Assembly: GCA_965215015.1 (NCBI GenBank)
Contig: OZ244042.1
Location: 256,001 to 320,000 of the forward strand
Length of the DNA stretch: 64,000 nt
Source of the DNA: Candidatus Poribacteria bacterium
GTDB lineage: Bacteria > Poribacteria > WGA-4E > PCPOR2b
Direction: 5' to 3'
Positions 10,335 through 22,000 of the stretch are shown here, piece by piece (position 1 is the stretch's first letter; every line of letters starts with the position of its first letter). The notes under the pieces were generated by a model. The model was not told where the DNA came from and made no database searches. It saw only the letters and a program-made list of their open reading frames with translations. Both the position numbers and the translations under genes were made by a program.

Positions 10335-11438
10335 ATGTTAATCATTGACGGTGACTATCCCATGGCGTATGGTGCGATTGATCTGAATCGAGATCTGACC
10401 TTACCGATTGAGGAGGTCCGAGCGGTTCAAGAGGGATCGCGGGAACAGGACCGGTGGCCCGCCACTGGAACGATGGCTTCGCTTCCGGAGATGCGACGGG
10501 GCAAAATCGCGGCGGCACTGGTTAAAATATCGGGACGGATTCAGCGGGAGAATAGCCCTATTTGGGGATACAGGAGCGGCGATGTCGCTTATGCTGCAGC
10601 ACAAGCGCACCTTGCCTACTATCGAATCTTAGAGCGTAGAGGTGAAGCGCGTATCTTGAGGACCCGCGGAGATTTCAGCGAGCATATACGAACCTGGTCG
10701 GAAGCCGCAACCTATGAGGAGCTGCCAGTTGGTATGGTTCTCGGAATGGAGGGGGCAGATCCCATCCTATGGCCTGAACATGTCCACGAATGGTGGGAGA
10801 GCGGATTGCGCACAATTAACTTGGCGCATTACGGCATCAGCACCTATTCTCACGGAACGGGCAGACCCGGTAGCTTGTTGCCTCCAGCCAAACCGTTGCT
10901 GCGCGAGATGGAGGAGTTGGGGATGATTCTCGATCTCACTCACACAGCCGATGAAGCGTTTTGGCAAGCACTGAATCTATTTTCGGGCCCGGTGATGGCA
11001 AGTCACCAGAACTGCCGCGCGTTGGCAGCCGGCGAGCGACAGTTTTCCGATGAACAACTCAAAGCCCTCCTCGAGCGCGGCGGTGTTATCGGTGCATCAA
11101 TGGATACGTGGATGATTTACGCAGAAGGGGGTATCGATTGGGGTGGAGATATTCCACCACGTCGCAGCCTTTTCCCGAGAGAGGCGATTACGCTGGAGCA
11201 TCTGGTGGATCATATGGACCACGTCTGTCAGTTGGCAGGCAACTCACAGCATACCGCCATCGGTGGGGATACGGACGGCCAGGGGGGCAAAGACGGTGCC
11301 CCGTACGAAATCGACACGGTGGCGGATTATCAGAGAATTGCCAGCATCCTTGATAAGCGTGGCTATACTGAAGCGGATATCGCCAACGTGATGTACCGCA
11401 ATTGGCAGCGGTTTTATGAGCAGTGGTTGCCAGCGTAA
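10335..11438 (+). CDS. Membrane dipeptidase (peptidase M19) family protein
   Basis: GMEGAD, ILDLTH, ASHQNCRAL, GGDTDG, NWQRF motifs. Confidence 0.88.
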   Translation: MLIIDGDYPMAYGAIDLNRDLTLPIEEVRAVQEGSREQDRWPATGTMASLPEMRRGKIAAALVKISGRIQRENSPIWGYRSGDVAYAAAQAHLAYYRILERRGEARILRTRGDFSEHIRTWSEAATYEELPVGMVLGMEGADPILWPEHVHEWWESGLRTINLAHYGISTYSHGTGRPGSLLPPAKPLLREMEELGMILDLTHTADEAFWQALNLFSGPVMASHQNCRALAAGERQFSDEQLKALLERGGVIGASMDTWMIYAEGGIDWGGDIPPRRSLFPREAITLEHLVDHMDHVCQLAGNSQHTAIGGDTDGQGGKDGAPYEIDTVADYQRIASILDKRGYTEADIANVMYRNWQRFYEQWLPA

Positions 11439-11537
11439 GAGGATTTACTTAAAGTTGACCGACATTTCAGAATAGTGCGGCTAGTTGGGCGAAAACGAAC
11501 CAGTTAACCTGACAAATCGAATGAAGGGAGCCAACGG

Positions 11538-12038
11538 ATGCGTACATTACCGTGTTTCTCCATTGAAGAAATGACATCCGATCACCCAGAGTGGCAGGAA
11601 CTGGCCGATGTTATCACGCAAGAAAACCAAGCAGGCTGGGCATTTAATCCGTATTTTGAACAGTTCGCACGTTACTTCTTAGCTGCCAAACAGGATGGAG
11701 ATATCGTTGGGTTCCTCATGTTTGTAGTTTGGGACATTGGCCCCAACGACCGCGACCATCCCCCTGTTGAGATGCACGGAAAGAGGCTGCGAGAAGCAAA
11801 GATTATTGCATTTGGCGTGAAGAAAGCCCATCGGCGGCGAGGTATTGGTCGAGCCCTTCAAGAGTATACACTGAAACGAGCGAAGGAGCTTGATTGTTAC
11901 CAAGTTCGATCCGTCACCGACATGGATCACCCAGAAAATCACCAACTCAAATTATCTATGGGGTTTGCCGTAGAGCCAATGGAACGCGAGGAGCCGAGCT
12001 TGGCATTTATCATGCCGCTGAATCGGATTGAAAAATGA
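11538..12038 (+). CDS. GNAT family N-acetyltransferase
   Basis: FGVKKAHRRRGIGRAL acetyl-CoA motif. Confidence 0.88.
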   Translation: MRTLPCFSIEEMTSDHPEWQELADVITQENQAGWAFNPYFEQFARYFLAAKQDGDIVGFLMFVVWDIGPNDRDHPPVEMHGKRLREAKIIAFGVKKAHRRRGIGRALQEYTLKRAKELDCYQVRSVTDMDHPENHQLKLSMGFAVEPMEREEPSLAFIMPLNRIEK

Positions 12039-12077
12039 TTTCCACTGCTGTTACAGCACAACAACTCGATCAAGAGC

Positions 12078-12360
12078 TAGGTTCCGTTGACATTTGGGCG
12101 TCGAGATATGAATCTCGACCGACTGGCTCTCTGCCGGTATTAGATCGGGTGAGAAGATCGGGCAAGATGCTCGACCTACAGGCGTGGTGTTGAGTGGCAC
12201 GTTCCGGTCCCGGCCTCTTCAATCCCGAAAGACCTACCAGACCGTGAATCCACCGTTCGGTAAACATCAGAACAACGCAACGGAATCGGGAGTGAGCGTT
12301 CAATCCAACTCCGTTCCGAGAGTCTTTGACCTGCGGACTGTCAAATGTCAACACGCCCTA
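12078..12360. mobile_element. Degenerate IS5-family-like remnant / MITE
   Basis: Inverted ends TAGGTTCCGTTGACATTTG and TAGGGCGTGTTGACATTTG (15/19); no intact transposase. Confidence 0.6.
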
Positions 12361-12449
12361 ATTACCAACAATCGATCATTCAAGTATCTGCATTTATGAA
12401 AACTGCGTGGCAAAAATAGCCCTCTTTTTAGAAAAGGAGCACCAAACCA

Positions 12450-13919
12450 ATGAGAGTCATTACCGGCGCAATCGGTCATGAGACCAGTACCTTTACTACC
12501 GTCGCCACTACTTGGGCGAGCTACCGTGATCAGCGATTCGGCTATCTGATTGGAGACGAAATCATCGACAAGTTTCGCGGCAGCAACACGACCACCGGTG
12601 GATACATTGCAGGGGCGGAAGCGCACGAATTTGAGCTTATCCCCACGATATACGCCAACGCGCATCCGAGTGGACCGACACCACGAGACATCTTCGATGC
12701 CATCTTGAAGGATATGCTAGATCGAATCGCTGAAGCGGGACCCATTGATGGGGTCCTCCTTGATCTACACGGTGCAATGGTGGCAGAGGGGGTTGACGAC
12801 GGTGAGGGGCATATTCTGGCAGCTGTGCGAGAATTGGTTGGACCACAGGTGCCTATCTTGGCGGAGCTGGACATCCATTCCAACGTTTCCCGTCGCATGG
12901 TCGAGAGGGCGGATGTGTTGATTGGCAGGGAGACTTACCCGGAGATTGATCAGGCAGAACGCGCCCGCGAATGCGCGGATGTTCTGGTTCGGATCCACCG
13001 GGAGGGGCTGCGCCCTACTATGGCACTGCACCAAATTCCGATGGCCTGGGGATTGAATCAGGTCACGGCGCACTCGCCGATGCGGGAGGCCATCACTAAA
13101 TTGCATAGAATTGAGGCGCAACCGGGCGTGATTTGCGGTTCGATTGCGACCTGTTATCCGTTGGCTGATATTCCCGACATGGGTGCGTCGGTTTATATTG
13201 TCACCGACAATGACCTGGATTTGGCACAGGGGTACGCGGATGAACTGGCGGCATGGATTTGGGAACGCCGAGCGGATTGGCACGCACCAATGCCACCGAC
13301 CCATCAAGCACTAGCGCAAGCAACAGCAGCAGGGAAATTTCCAGTGATTTTTGCTGACCGAAATGACAACACCGGCGGTGGTTCGCCGGGAGATAGTACC
13401 GGCATGTTGCAGACATTCATTGAAGCAGGGCTAGAGGAGGCATGTATCCTGTACATCGTCGATCCGGAAGCAGTACACGCTTGCCAAGAGGCAGGTATGG
13501 GAGCGACGCTGACCTTAGATGTGGGGGCGAAATCAACACCCCTTCAGGGGCAACCGATACGCATGAGGGCAGAGGTCATCGCGCTTTCAGATGGCGGCTT
13601 TCGTTACGATGGACCGCGGAATGCCGGGTTGGAGAGCAGCATGGGGCCCTCGGCATATATCCGACAGGGCGGAATTCATGTGCTGCTGGTGACGGAGCGG
13701 GAGCAGCCCTTCGACACCGCTTTTTCACGAACTATGGGTTTAGACCCACGCCAGATGCGTTACATCGGGGTCAAATCGACAGTACATTTTCGGGCAGGCT
13801 TTGAGTCGTGGGCAGGGGCAATTCACGCAGTATCGGAGCCGAGTGTGCATGATCCGGTGGGGAAAGAGTTGCCGTTCCACAATCTGGGGCGGAAGTTGTA
13901 TCCATTTGATGACATTTAG
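12450..13919 (+). CDS. M81 family metallopeptidase (MlrC-like)
   Basis: HETSTF, LDLHGAMV, DNTGGGSPGD, VKSTVHFRA motifs. Confidence 0.92.
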   Translation: MRVITGAIGHETSTFTTVATTWASYRDQRFGYLIGDEIIDKFRGSNTTTGGYIAGAEAHEFELIPTIYANAHPSGPTPRDIFDAILKDMLDRIAEAGPIDGVLLDLHGAMVAEGVDDGEGHILAAVRELVGPQVPILAELDIHSNVSRRMVERADVLIGRETYPEIDQAERARECADVLVRIHREGLRPTMALHQIPMAWGLNQVTAHSPMREAITKLHRIEAQPGVICGSIATCYPLADIPDMGASVYIVTDNDLDLAQGYADELAAWIWERRADWHAPMPPTHQALAQATAAGKFPVIFADRNDNTGGGSPGDSTGMLQTFIEAGLEEACILYIVDPEAVHACQEAGMGATLTLDVGAKSTPLQGQPIRMRAEVIALSDGGFRYDGPRNAGLESSMGPSAYIRQGGIHVLLVTEREQPFDTAFSRTMGLDPRQMRYIGVKSTVHFRAGFESWAGAIHAVSEPSVHDPVGKELPFHNLGRKLYPFDDI

Positions 13920-13925
13920 AAAAAA

Positions 13926-14015
13926 GCGCATGTCAAAAGAAAGTGCAAAACGCCCGGAGAAACCGAGTTTTTGCCAAAAACTTGGTTTCTATTACACGAT
14001 TTCTTAACATGAACC
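13926..14015. mobile_element. MITE-like element, family A (short)
   Basis: CATGTCAAAAGAAAGTGC...CACGATTTCTTAACATGAACC ends; internal hairpin AGAAACCGAGTTTTT...AAAAACTTGGTTTCT. Confidence 0.7.
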
Positions 14016-14693
14016 TCACGCTTTATACGAAGCCGAATCCATCTGATAGATGGCACGATAAATCCTCCGTCCTTCCGCCCGATACTTCATCTCAAAACTG
14101 GTTGGGATATGCTCTATCTCAAGCGAGTCGGGGCGGAGGTAGACCAGCGGTGGCGTATGCGTTAGACAGTCGTGGATCTCATAGAAATACTCGGCATAGT
14201 CAGTAGCGACGTGGATACGTCCTCTACTCGAATTTAATGTCCGAATCAACCCGCGTAGCCAGACCTCATTTCTAAAGAGCCGACGCTTGTGATGCCGTTT
14301 CTTGGGCCAAGGGTCTGGGAAGTAGACGTGATACGCTTCGACGGTGCCTTCGCCAATGTAGCGATCAACCAGGTAAGCAGCATCGCTCCAAATAAGAAAA
14401 ACCCCCGTAGCGTTTCCTTTCAGCAACCGCTCCTTTGCCCGTTGAACATATTTCGGTGCTCGCTCGACGCCGATATAGTTGATCTCTGGATGTTGCCTTG
14501 AGGTTTCAAGCAGGAAGCGTCCCTTACCGCATCCGATCTCTATTTCGACGGGATTCGCGTTTCCGAAGAGAGCCTCCCAATCAATCGGGGGGGTGATCTC
14601 GGTCAGACTAGTCTGCTTATCTTCCATGGGATTGATTAAGGCAGATCGGCCCGCCATGAGTTCAAAGAATTGTCCATAGCGTGATTCGTTCAT
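14016..14693 (-). CDS. trmB: tRNA (guanine-N7)-methyltransferase
   Basis: EIGCGKG, FPDPWPKKRHHKRR, TSFEMKY; start 14693 (alternative 14627). Confidence 0.92.
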   Translation of the reverse strand: MNESRYGQFFELMAGRSALINPMEDKQTSLTEITPPIDWEALFGNANPVEIEIGCGKGRFLLETSRQHPEINYIGVERAPKYVQRAKERLLKGNATGVFLIWSDAAYLVDRYIGEGTVEAYHVYFPDPWPKKRHHKRRLFRNEVWLRGLIRTLNSSRGRIHVATDYAEYFYEIHDCLTHTPPLVYLRPDSLEIEHIPTSFEMKYRAEGRRIYRAIYQMDSASYKA

Positions 14694-14697
14694 ACAT

Positions 14698-15504
14698 TTA
14701 GCCGAAGGCTCCCTTTTTATGTCTCCCCAAAAGTCTTTGCAACCGTTCGTCTGCACCCTCAAAGACACCTTCAGGCATCCGGTAGTCAATGAACGGGTAG
14801 AGCCGTTGCGCGATGATCCGCTGGCTGTATGTGACCGCTGCAACGTACCGAATCTGATTTCGATTGTTGGGAGTCCCGCGATGCCAAACTTGGCTATTGA
14901 ACATATAGGCACCGCCCGCCTTCGTGAAGAAACTGACGGGACCCTTCCCTTCAAAGGTTGGATTTTCTGCAGCGGGTGGTTTACGTCCTGAATAATGGCT
15001 GCCGGGAACGACCTGCGTCGGACCATCGTCCACTGTTTCAATGTCGATGAGCGGGATGAGCACATTGATAACAAAGCAGGGCAGTGTGATGCGAGGGTCA
15101 TGTCGAGGCACATCGTCCGGCAGCGGAAAATGGAGCCTATCGTCGCTATGCCACCCACCTCCCTGTCCGGGGGCATAACGTAAGGCATTTTGGGACATCA
15201 TGTGACAGTCATCGCCCAGAATTGCCTCGGCGAGGCCGACATAAGGCTCTCGCACGATAAGATCTCGGAAAGCTCTGTCATATTCAAACATGCGCATCAT
15301 GCTGATGCCGCGAATGTGGTCGCCCGCCTCATCCTGCATGCGTGGGTCATTATATTTTTGATCCATTAACGCTTTAAGCATGGCTGCTTCTTCTGAAGTG
15401 AACACCTCGCCGAAGAAATAGTATCCATCACGGTTGAACTGTTCGACGGCCCGTTGCGTTTCATCTTTAGAAAACGGTTTGCCCCGCTGGATTTCGATGG
15501 TCAT
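14698..15504 (-). CDS. PhyH-family dioxygenase
   Basis: AAGGAGA RBS before ATG 15504; WHSD, GPTQVVPGSH, VWHRG. Confidence 0.9.
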   Translation of the reverse strand: MTIEIQRGKPFSKDETQRAVEQFNRDGYYFFGEVFTSEEAAMLKALMDQKYNDPRMQDEAGDHIRGISMMRMFEYDRAFRDLIVREPYVGLAEAILGDDCHMMSQNALRYAPGQGGGWHSDDRLHFPLPDDVPRHDPRITLPCFVINVLIPLIDIETVDDGPTQVVPGSHYSGRKPPAAENPTFEGKGPVSFFTKAGGAYMFNSQVWHRGTPNNRNQIRYVAAVTYSQRIIAQRLYPFIDYRMPEGVFEGADERLQRLLGRHKKGAFG

Positions 15505-15720
15505 TGCTTCTCTCCTTAACATGATAACAAGACTTTGTAAAACGGCGATATCGTGAAGAAATTCGCCAAACTTTCGCCTCTTAGGTCCATCTATCCCCTC
15601 ATCTGCTTGACTGCAAACTACCCTATTGACAGGTTTTTTCAGATCGGCTAAAATTTTCACTGCAGATAACTTGATAATTTAGTCTGCCTTGAATGCCGAA
15701 AGGAGAACGGGTTACAGTAT

Positions 15721-16059
15721 ATGCGGTTAGAACCTCAAATAACAGTTAGGCACGTTGGAGAAGTCTCGATTTTTGACATCATTGGTTATTTTACGGAAGA
15801 TTCAGCAGAAGCGATGAACGCGGCTTATGATCAAAGTGGCGGATCGGCAAAAATTCTGCTTCACTTTGATCAGCACAGCTTTATCACCAGCAGCGGGTTT
15901 GGCATCATCGTCAAGCTCATTTGGCAAACGCGCAGGAAAGGGCAAATCCTACGTATCGCCCATCCATCAGATCAGATGCGGCAGATTTTCGATGTAATTG
16001 GTCTATCCCAAAGTATGAAAATCTTTGCTTCAGCGGAAACAGCGTTAGCGGATTTCTAA
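15721..16059 (+). CDS. STAS-domain anti-sigma factor antagonist
   Basis: 112 aa; FITSSGFG phosphorylation-site motif; IFDVIGL. Confidence 0.85.
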   Translation: MRLEPQITVRHVGEVSIFDIIGYFTEDSAEAMNAAYDQSGGSAKILLHFDQHSFITSSGFGIIVKLIWQTRRKGQILRIAHPSDQMRQIFDVIGLSQSMKIFASAETALADF

Positions 16060-16199
16060 CGGGGATTAGCTATAGCCTGTTGTCAACTTTGTCTTGATGA
16101 ATATCATTGTTTACTGAACAAATCTATTCAAGAATCCGAGAAACCTGCTGATCAACTGTTGGCTTTTCACACCATACAAGACACAATCTAATCACTTCT

Positions 16200-17255
16200 A
16201 TGCGAGCTATTCTCTTGAGTGACGGAAAGCCCGGCCATTATAACCAATCTTTAGGTCTAATTGAGCGGATGCCGGAGTGCGAATATCACTGGATTGACGT
16301 AAAGTTTCGCAGTAAGCGGCGAGATCATCTGATACGGGTATTAATGCGTATATTGGGACGGTTCAGATTGTCGCGCCAGTTTATCAAGACATGCTTGTGC
16401 ATGGCACTCCAGCAGAACACATTGGATGAAATCTGTGCCGTTGCACCTGATTTTATCCTCTCAACCGGTTCCTCTGTCGCTGCGCCTAACTTGCTCATCG
16501 GACAACTCCTTGACGCAAAAACAGTTACCTGCCGCCGTCCTTCGCCCGTCGGTTTTCATCACTTTGATCTTGCTGTCCTTCCCCGAATGTATTGGCCCCG
16601 CCTCGACAAACGCAACGTTTGCAAAACGCTCGGTGTTCCAAATCGGGTGCGTCCAGAAAAACTGGAGATGCGCCGCAAGGAGCTACAAATAGATTTAGAT
16701 TTGTCAGATCAGAAACGCGTTGGGGTTCTGATTGGCGGCGAAGATCGATACGATACGATCACGGAGATGACCGCCGCGCGCCTCCTCGAAGTCCTGCAAC
16801 GGTTTGCGACGAAATGGGATAGTCAACTCTTGTTGACAACCTCGCGTCGAACCCCACTCCCCGTTGAAAATCTAATTGGCAAACAATTTTCAAACACCCA
16901 ATACTGTCCAATTCTTGTTTTGGCACATGGTGAAAATTCAATCACGGATCCGATCGATACAATTTTTGCCCTGTCGGACCTGATTGTCGTTACGGAAGAC
17001 AGTTTTTCGATGGTATGCGAAGCTGCGAGCAGCGGTAAACGGGTGATTATTTTGGAGGTCGATCACAAAACCCGACGGCGTCCCAAACGGCACAAAGCGT
17101 ATTCAGAGATGATGCGTCATGCCTCAGTGATACGGTCTGGCATTGAGGATCTGGAGACGAGCCTTGAAGCTGCCTTGGCAGATGAAAATCCCGTCACACC
17201 GTTACAGGACACCCAGGCTGCTGCAGCAGCGGTCAGGCAGCTTTTCAAGGATTAG
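16200..17255 (+). CDS. ELM1/GtrOC1-family putative nucleoside-diphosphate-sugar glycosyltransferase/epimerase
   Basis: LSDGKPGHYNQSLG, TTSRRTP, VTEDSFSMVCEA. Confidence 0.85.
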   Translation: MRAILLSDGKPGHYNQSLGLIERMPECEYHWIDVKFRSKRRDHLIRVLMRILGRFRLSRQFIKTCLCMALQQNTLDEICAVAPDFILSTGSSVAAPNLLIGQLLDAKTVTCRRPSPVGFHHFDLAVLPRMYWPRLDKRNVCKTLGVPNRVRPEKLEMRRKELQIDLDLSDQKRVGVLIGGEDRYDTITEMTAARLLEVLQRFATKWDSQLLLTTSRRTPLPVENLIGKQFSNTQYCPILVLAHGENSITDPIDTIFALSDLIVVTEDSFSMVCEAASSGKRVIILEVDHKTRRRPKRHKAYSEMMRHASVIRSGIEDLETSLEAALADENPVTPLQDTQAAAAAVRQLFKD

Positions 17256-17287
17256 ACTGCTCCGGACTTCCGTTTGACGCAGAATTC

Positions 17288-18157
17288 TTACCACGGCATT
17301 GTGCGGTTAGTATGTTTACGACCGATGTTCGCAACCTCCTCACCACCTGAACCGACCCGAACGCCATTTGCGATTTGCTCAATTATGTTGTCTGGATTTA
17401 CACCGTCTAGAAACGCGATGTTTTCGGCCTCGCAGGCAGCCTTTACACGTGCTCGTGCATTTGCCATGTCTTCCGAGTAAGGCGGGTCGTGGGCATCGCT
17501 ATAACCGTGTGACAGTCCCATATCCCCCGGACCCCATTCAGCGAAGGCGATACCGGGGACCCGTGCTGTCGCTTCAACATTGCTCAATGCCCGCTTATTT
17601 TCAATCTTCAAGCCGAGAAAGATTTCACCTTCTGGATTCAGGGGCCAAACATCGGCGCGTTTCATGTATTCCTCTGTGGATATACCCCAAATCGCTGCCG
17701 CGCCGCCCTGCCCCCCGGCACCACGACGCCCCACATCAAGCCCTTGTCCAACACCGATTGTCTGGTGCGGATAGCGGGCAGATTCTACGAACACCTTCAC
17801 CGCACCGGGGGTTTCCGCATGGCATAACAGGATGCCGTGGACCCCTCTGGCAAGGACCTGTTTAACCATCCATGCATTTGCACGCATAACGTGTTCGTCA
17901 GTGCCATCCGTCGGCAGGGTGGTGATGACCGTCGGTGTATGGTGCCCGCTCTTCGTGGGACCGCTGGCAGCCAACCCTTTCATAAATGCGTCCAATCCTG
18001 CAAGGTTAAACATTCCATGTTCCATCTCGACCACGAGATAATCCGCCCACGTCTGGGAGGCTTGCACGCCCCCTTCGTAGCTGAGTTCTCCGGCACCGGA
18101 ATAATAGATTGGTTGCCCCTGTTCGAGCAGTTCAATTGCGCGATTCACTCTTGTCAT
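17288..18157 (-). CDS. HpcH/HpaI aldolase/citrate lyase family protein
   Basis: EMEHG, LKIENKRA, EWGPGDMG. Confidence 0.85.
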   Translation of the reverse strand: MTRVNRAIELLEQGQPIYYSGAGELSYEGGVQASQTWADYLVVEMEHGMFNLAGLDAFMKGLAASGPTKSGHHTPTVITTLPTDGTDEHVMRANAWMVKQVLARGVHGILLCHAETPGAVKVFVESARYPHQTIGVGQGLDVGRRGAGGQGGAAAIWGISTEEYMKRADVWPLNPEGEIFLGLKIENKRALSNVEATARVPGIAFAEWGPGDMGLSHGYSDAHDPPYSEDMANARARVKAACEAENIAFLDGVNPDNIIEQIANGVRVGSGGEEVANIGRKHTNRTMPW

Positions 18158-18298
18158 CTTTACACCTCTCTAAGTGTTGGATACAAAATCTGATAAACTT
18201 TCAATTCATATTCGACTACCTCTTTAACAAACGAGGTGGATGTTCAAGGACTTCATCCGCTGCGGTTTCGTTTACCACATCGGGCGGGAAAATTTTGA

Positions 18299-18391
18299 GG
18301 TTAATGTCAAAAGAAAGTGCTAAGCAGCTCAGAGCCCCCGAGTTGTTTTTCGGAAAAACTCGGGGGCTTTGCACGATTTCTTGACATGAGC
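18299..18391. mobile_element. MITE-like element, family A (short)
   Basis: ATGTCAAAAGAAAGTGC...TGCACGATTTCTTGACATGAGC; internal hairpin AGCCCCCGAGTT...AACTCGGGGGCT. Confidence 0.7.
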
Positions 18392-18490
18392 GATTTTGAT
18401 TGTAGACTTTGGATATTCCTTTCGTCTGTTTTTGATGGTTACTATTATCGTTTCTCGGACTGACCGCCTTTGTAGATAGCTCTGCCCCTT

Positions 18491-18991
18491 CTACGGTGAA
18501 TTGATGAGGCCATTTAGATTGATTTGGTTGCCATTTTCAGGATCAAAGGTGAGTAATCCTTCCGTTCTCGCGGCTCTCAGCGGACGTCTATCAGAACTCA
18601 CGAAAATTAGATCATCACCCGCTGCCCGCAACTCATTAGCTTTATCAAGCGCACATTGCAGGATATATGCGTCGGTGTTGTTGAGAGAATATGTCTTAAT
18701 GAATTGCCGTGCGGCAATTTTCTGATTTTGAGTCGCATCCACTTTTTCCACATCAGCGTGATAGATGAATCCGGCTTCAAATTGTCGAATTACTTGATTG
18801 TAATTTGCTTCCTTAATCCTCCCATCATTTCTCTGTTTGCCGAAGACGTGGAGGGTTTCGTCCATACTATCAAACAAGCAAAGGATCCGGCGTAGGGAAA
18901 CATGAGTAAAAAGATGGTTGATTAGAGGTGTTCCTATTTCTGTAACGTACTGTTTGACGATTGCATTCGCATCCAACCAAAAATAATTCAC
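18491..18991 (-). CDS. PIN-domain (VapC-like) ribonuclease
   Basis: FWLDANAIVK, DETL, TDAYIL, SSDRR acidic residues. Confidence 0.82.
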   Translation of the reverse strand: MNYFWLDANAIVKQYVTEIGTPLINHLFTHVSLRRILCLFDSMDETLHVFGKQRNDGRIKEANYNQVIRQFEAGFIYHADVEKVDATQNQKIAARQFIKTYSLNNTDAYILQCALDKANELRAAGDDLIFVSSDRRPLRAARTEGLLTFDPENGNQINLNGLINSP

Positions 18992-19018
18992 GCGGGCTAT
19001 TCCTGATTTACTTCAATT

Positions 19019-22000
19019 CTAGTATTCTTCATAAAGCGATCTTAAGAAGTCGAACCCGGCTGCTGCGTATAGATCGCAGATCTTATCGGCCTCCTCCTTA
19101 TACCCTTGATTGTACAGGATACGGATTGTTTCTTGGATGTCAGTGGGAGGGTAATCCGGATATACCCCGTGATTAAGCATTTCTAGATACAGTATCCCCA
19201 CCTCTTTTGGTGTTTGAGGGACATGCCCCCGCAGGGCTTCAACAAAAAATGCCGAGTGGAAACGCCGCCCGACGTACTTTGCGGACAGCTTTAGCCATTC
19301 TAGAGCTTCCACATCTATTTTATCAATTAACTCTAGCCAGCCGGATAGCGAACCTAAAATTTCCTGATATTGCGATTCAGCACTTTTTGGGGAAAGGATT
19401 TCAATCAAAGCACACCACGCCGGTCTCACCTTTGATTTAACTGTATCGGGCGTGTTGTACCGTTGCTTCGAAAAAAAATCAACCATCTCCGAGAGGAGCT
19501 TGGGATTACCACTATTTATCAACTGATAAATGAGGCTGGTTTTATCGCTAAATGTTTCGAGATCTTCTATCCAACCCGTGCAGACACGCTTAATAAGCCC
19601 GCCCAGCACCTCCTGATCCGCAAAGTCGGTGTTTAGAGCCCTCTGATAGTCCCCACGTTCCTTAAGCAGAGAATAAAGATCGTCCGAGATTCGAGAACTG
19701 AATAGGTATCCCGAAAAGGCGGTTTCCCAGTGAGATTCATCCTGTTGTGGGAAGATTTGGTCTATATTATCGACCACCCACTTCTCATCAAGATACAACA
19801 GATTAGGTAAATAATTGCCAAGCGTAAAAGAAAATTCAAAGGAGGATTCAACGCTTCTATCCAGTCTCTTGGTGAAATCTGCTCTGATGGCTTGAGGCCA
19901 TCGGATTCCCTGTTCGGCATTGTTAATTCGGGCGTACCGTAAGGCGTAATGTACTATCGCGGCAAACACGCCGCCCCGAACTGAATTTAGAACCCCAAAG
20001 CGAAGATCTTCGAGGTTAAACACGCTCGGTTCAACCTTCTCTACAAGAATCATAAGAATCTTCTCAGCGAGGGGCAAGAGTTGGGCATCAAACGCCCGTT
20101 TATCATCTTTTGTTCCCTCTATTATCAAATCCGCTGTGGTAGAAATAATCCAATTTCTATAGTTAAACGGTTCCTCGGAGTGTTCAGTCCAAAACTGTTC
20201 TGATGAGAGGATTTGATGTATGAATTCAAGCAATGCGCCCCAACTAAACTCTCTCTTATCGCGCCACGCGTCCAGTAATCCAGACAAGATTGAATGTTGA
20301 TAACAGTTACGAACACCTCGGAAGGGCTGTAGGGCCTCCGTAAACTGTTGTGGATTCGTTTTCACATATTCCTTAAGTTTCTCTCTCAATCCTCGTTCAG
20401 CTGGATCTCCCCAACTCCCTGCTTCCGGGAAATCATTCAGATACTGCGCGATTTCAGCATTGGACCTCTCAGACAGTTCCGCGACTGTCATCATACTCAC
20501 TTCTTCGTACCCGATTTTAATGAAGGAAGAAAGCCCAGGGCATTCAATCTTTACTGGATTAATCCGCTCATACTTCCGATAGGCAGTGATAACTTTTTTA
20601 TTGCCGGTGTCGAGAAGCGCAGTGAGCCATTCGCGCTTATAAAGAGCCGCAACTTTAGCACCTTCTTCATTATCTTCTGTGAGTAGTGCTATGTAGTATT
20701 GGTGGGATTCTATCCAGTGTAATATCTGGTCAATTTCGCCTTTATCAAAATTGAGGCAGTGGGTTTGGATTAATTGGTAAAGTTCAGGCTTCAACTCATA
20801 TTCTTCAAGCGGATTGCCTTCCCACTCCCAGAACAGATTTTTCAAATCGTCGTAGTGGTATGTGATAACGTTGAGAGCAATCCGGGCGAAGATAGCGGGA
20901 GAACCTTTTGCATCTTGATAGTCGCGTTCTGCTGCCCCCCCCTCCTTTAACTGGGATTTTAGTGTGCGTACTTGACTTGGACTCACAGTGGCCCGCTGCA
21001 GGACCCCCTGCTTTAACAGGAATGTTACTGTGTCCGCAATGCCATCAGGGGAGGCAAGATGGAATAAGCGGCAGGTAAAACTAACCAATAGTTCAGCATA
21101 GCTTTGCTCTGGACCATAGGAGGGTTCGGTTTCAATTCTCTCTATGAAATCAAACGAGTATGTACCTGCGTCAATAAGGGTTCGGATTTGTGTAAGGGCA
21201 ATCTGTGCCGGTTCAACCCCACATAATTCTGAGATCGCTTGCACCTGTTGTTTAATAGCTTCCTTGAGCCAGTATTCCTCCATTGCGGGGCGTATTCGGC
21301 GATTGATGACCTTGGCATCAAACATCACCTTGAGCAGAGCAAGGGATAAATCTCTGTCACGTTCGCTAAGAAATTTCGGGAGGATTGTTTCACCAATTTC
21401 GCTACTCACCCCTCCGTATCTTAATTTTAATGCAGTGCCCATGAAAGTGATATGTTTGTGTTCTATCCGATCTATAGGAAGCGTACCGATAATTTCAATG
21501 AGTCTCCGGTTTGTGCTATCGTTTTCGATGCTTTTTTCGGTGTCATTAGTATAGTCAACTATGTCATCAACGATATTCACAAGGAGATCAACGGGGCACT
21601 CCGGATGATGGGCGATTTTCTCCACATATTCCAAGGCGTGCCAAACGGGAACGCGGTAGCTCCCCGGAACATCTGGGGATTCATCGGGCAGAGGATTCTG
21701 CTCAGGATTGAACCAACCTGCCCTCTTTAGAGGTTCCAGCCATGTAGGATATTTAAGTTGTCTGAAGAAATACGCCCGTCTTGCGTCGGATTGTAACAGA
21801 TTGGACAGAGTCTCTATTATATTCTTAGTCGGTGCTTTATATGCAAGGATTCGATCCAATCGGTTTAGGAGATTCAAGTAGCTTCCCACCAGCTCTGCCA
21901 ATACTTCCTCAAAATCATACCAAAGATGTTCAAATTCTTTTCGGCTCCGGGGAGATTTCCAAGGACCGCGGCGATGGACAAAACCAACAAATTTGGGAGC

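Noticed and set aside
14694-15188. Long N-terminal extension of trmB in the ORF track
   Set aside because: Overlaps the PhyH gene in another frame; TrmB similarity begins only near 14627.
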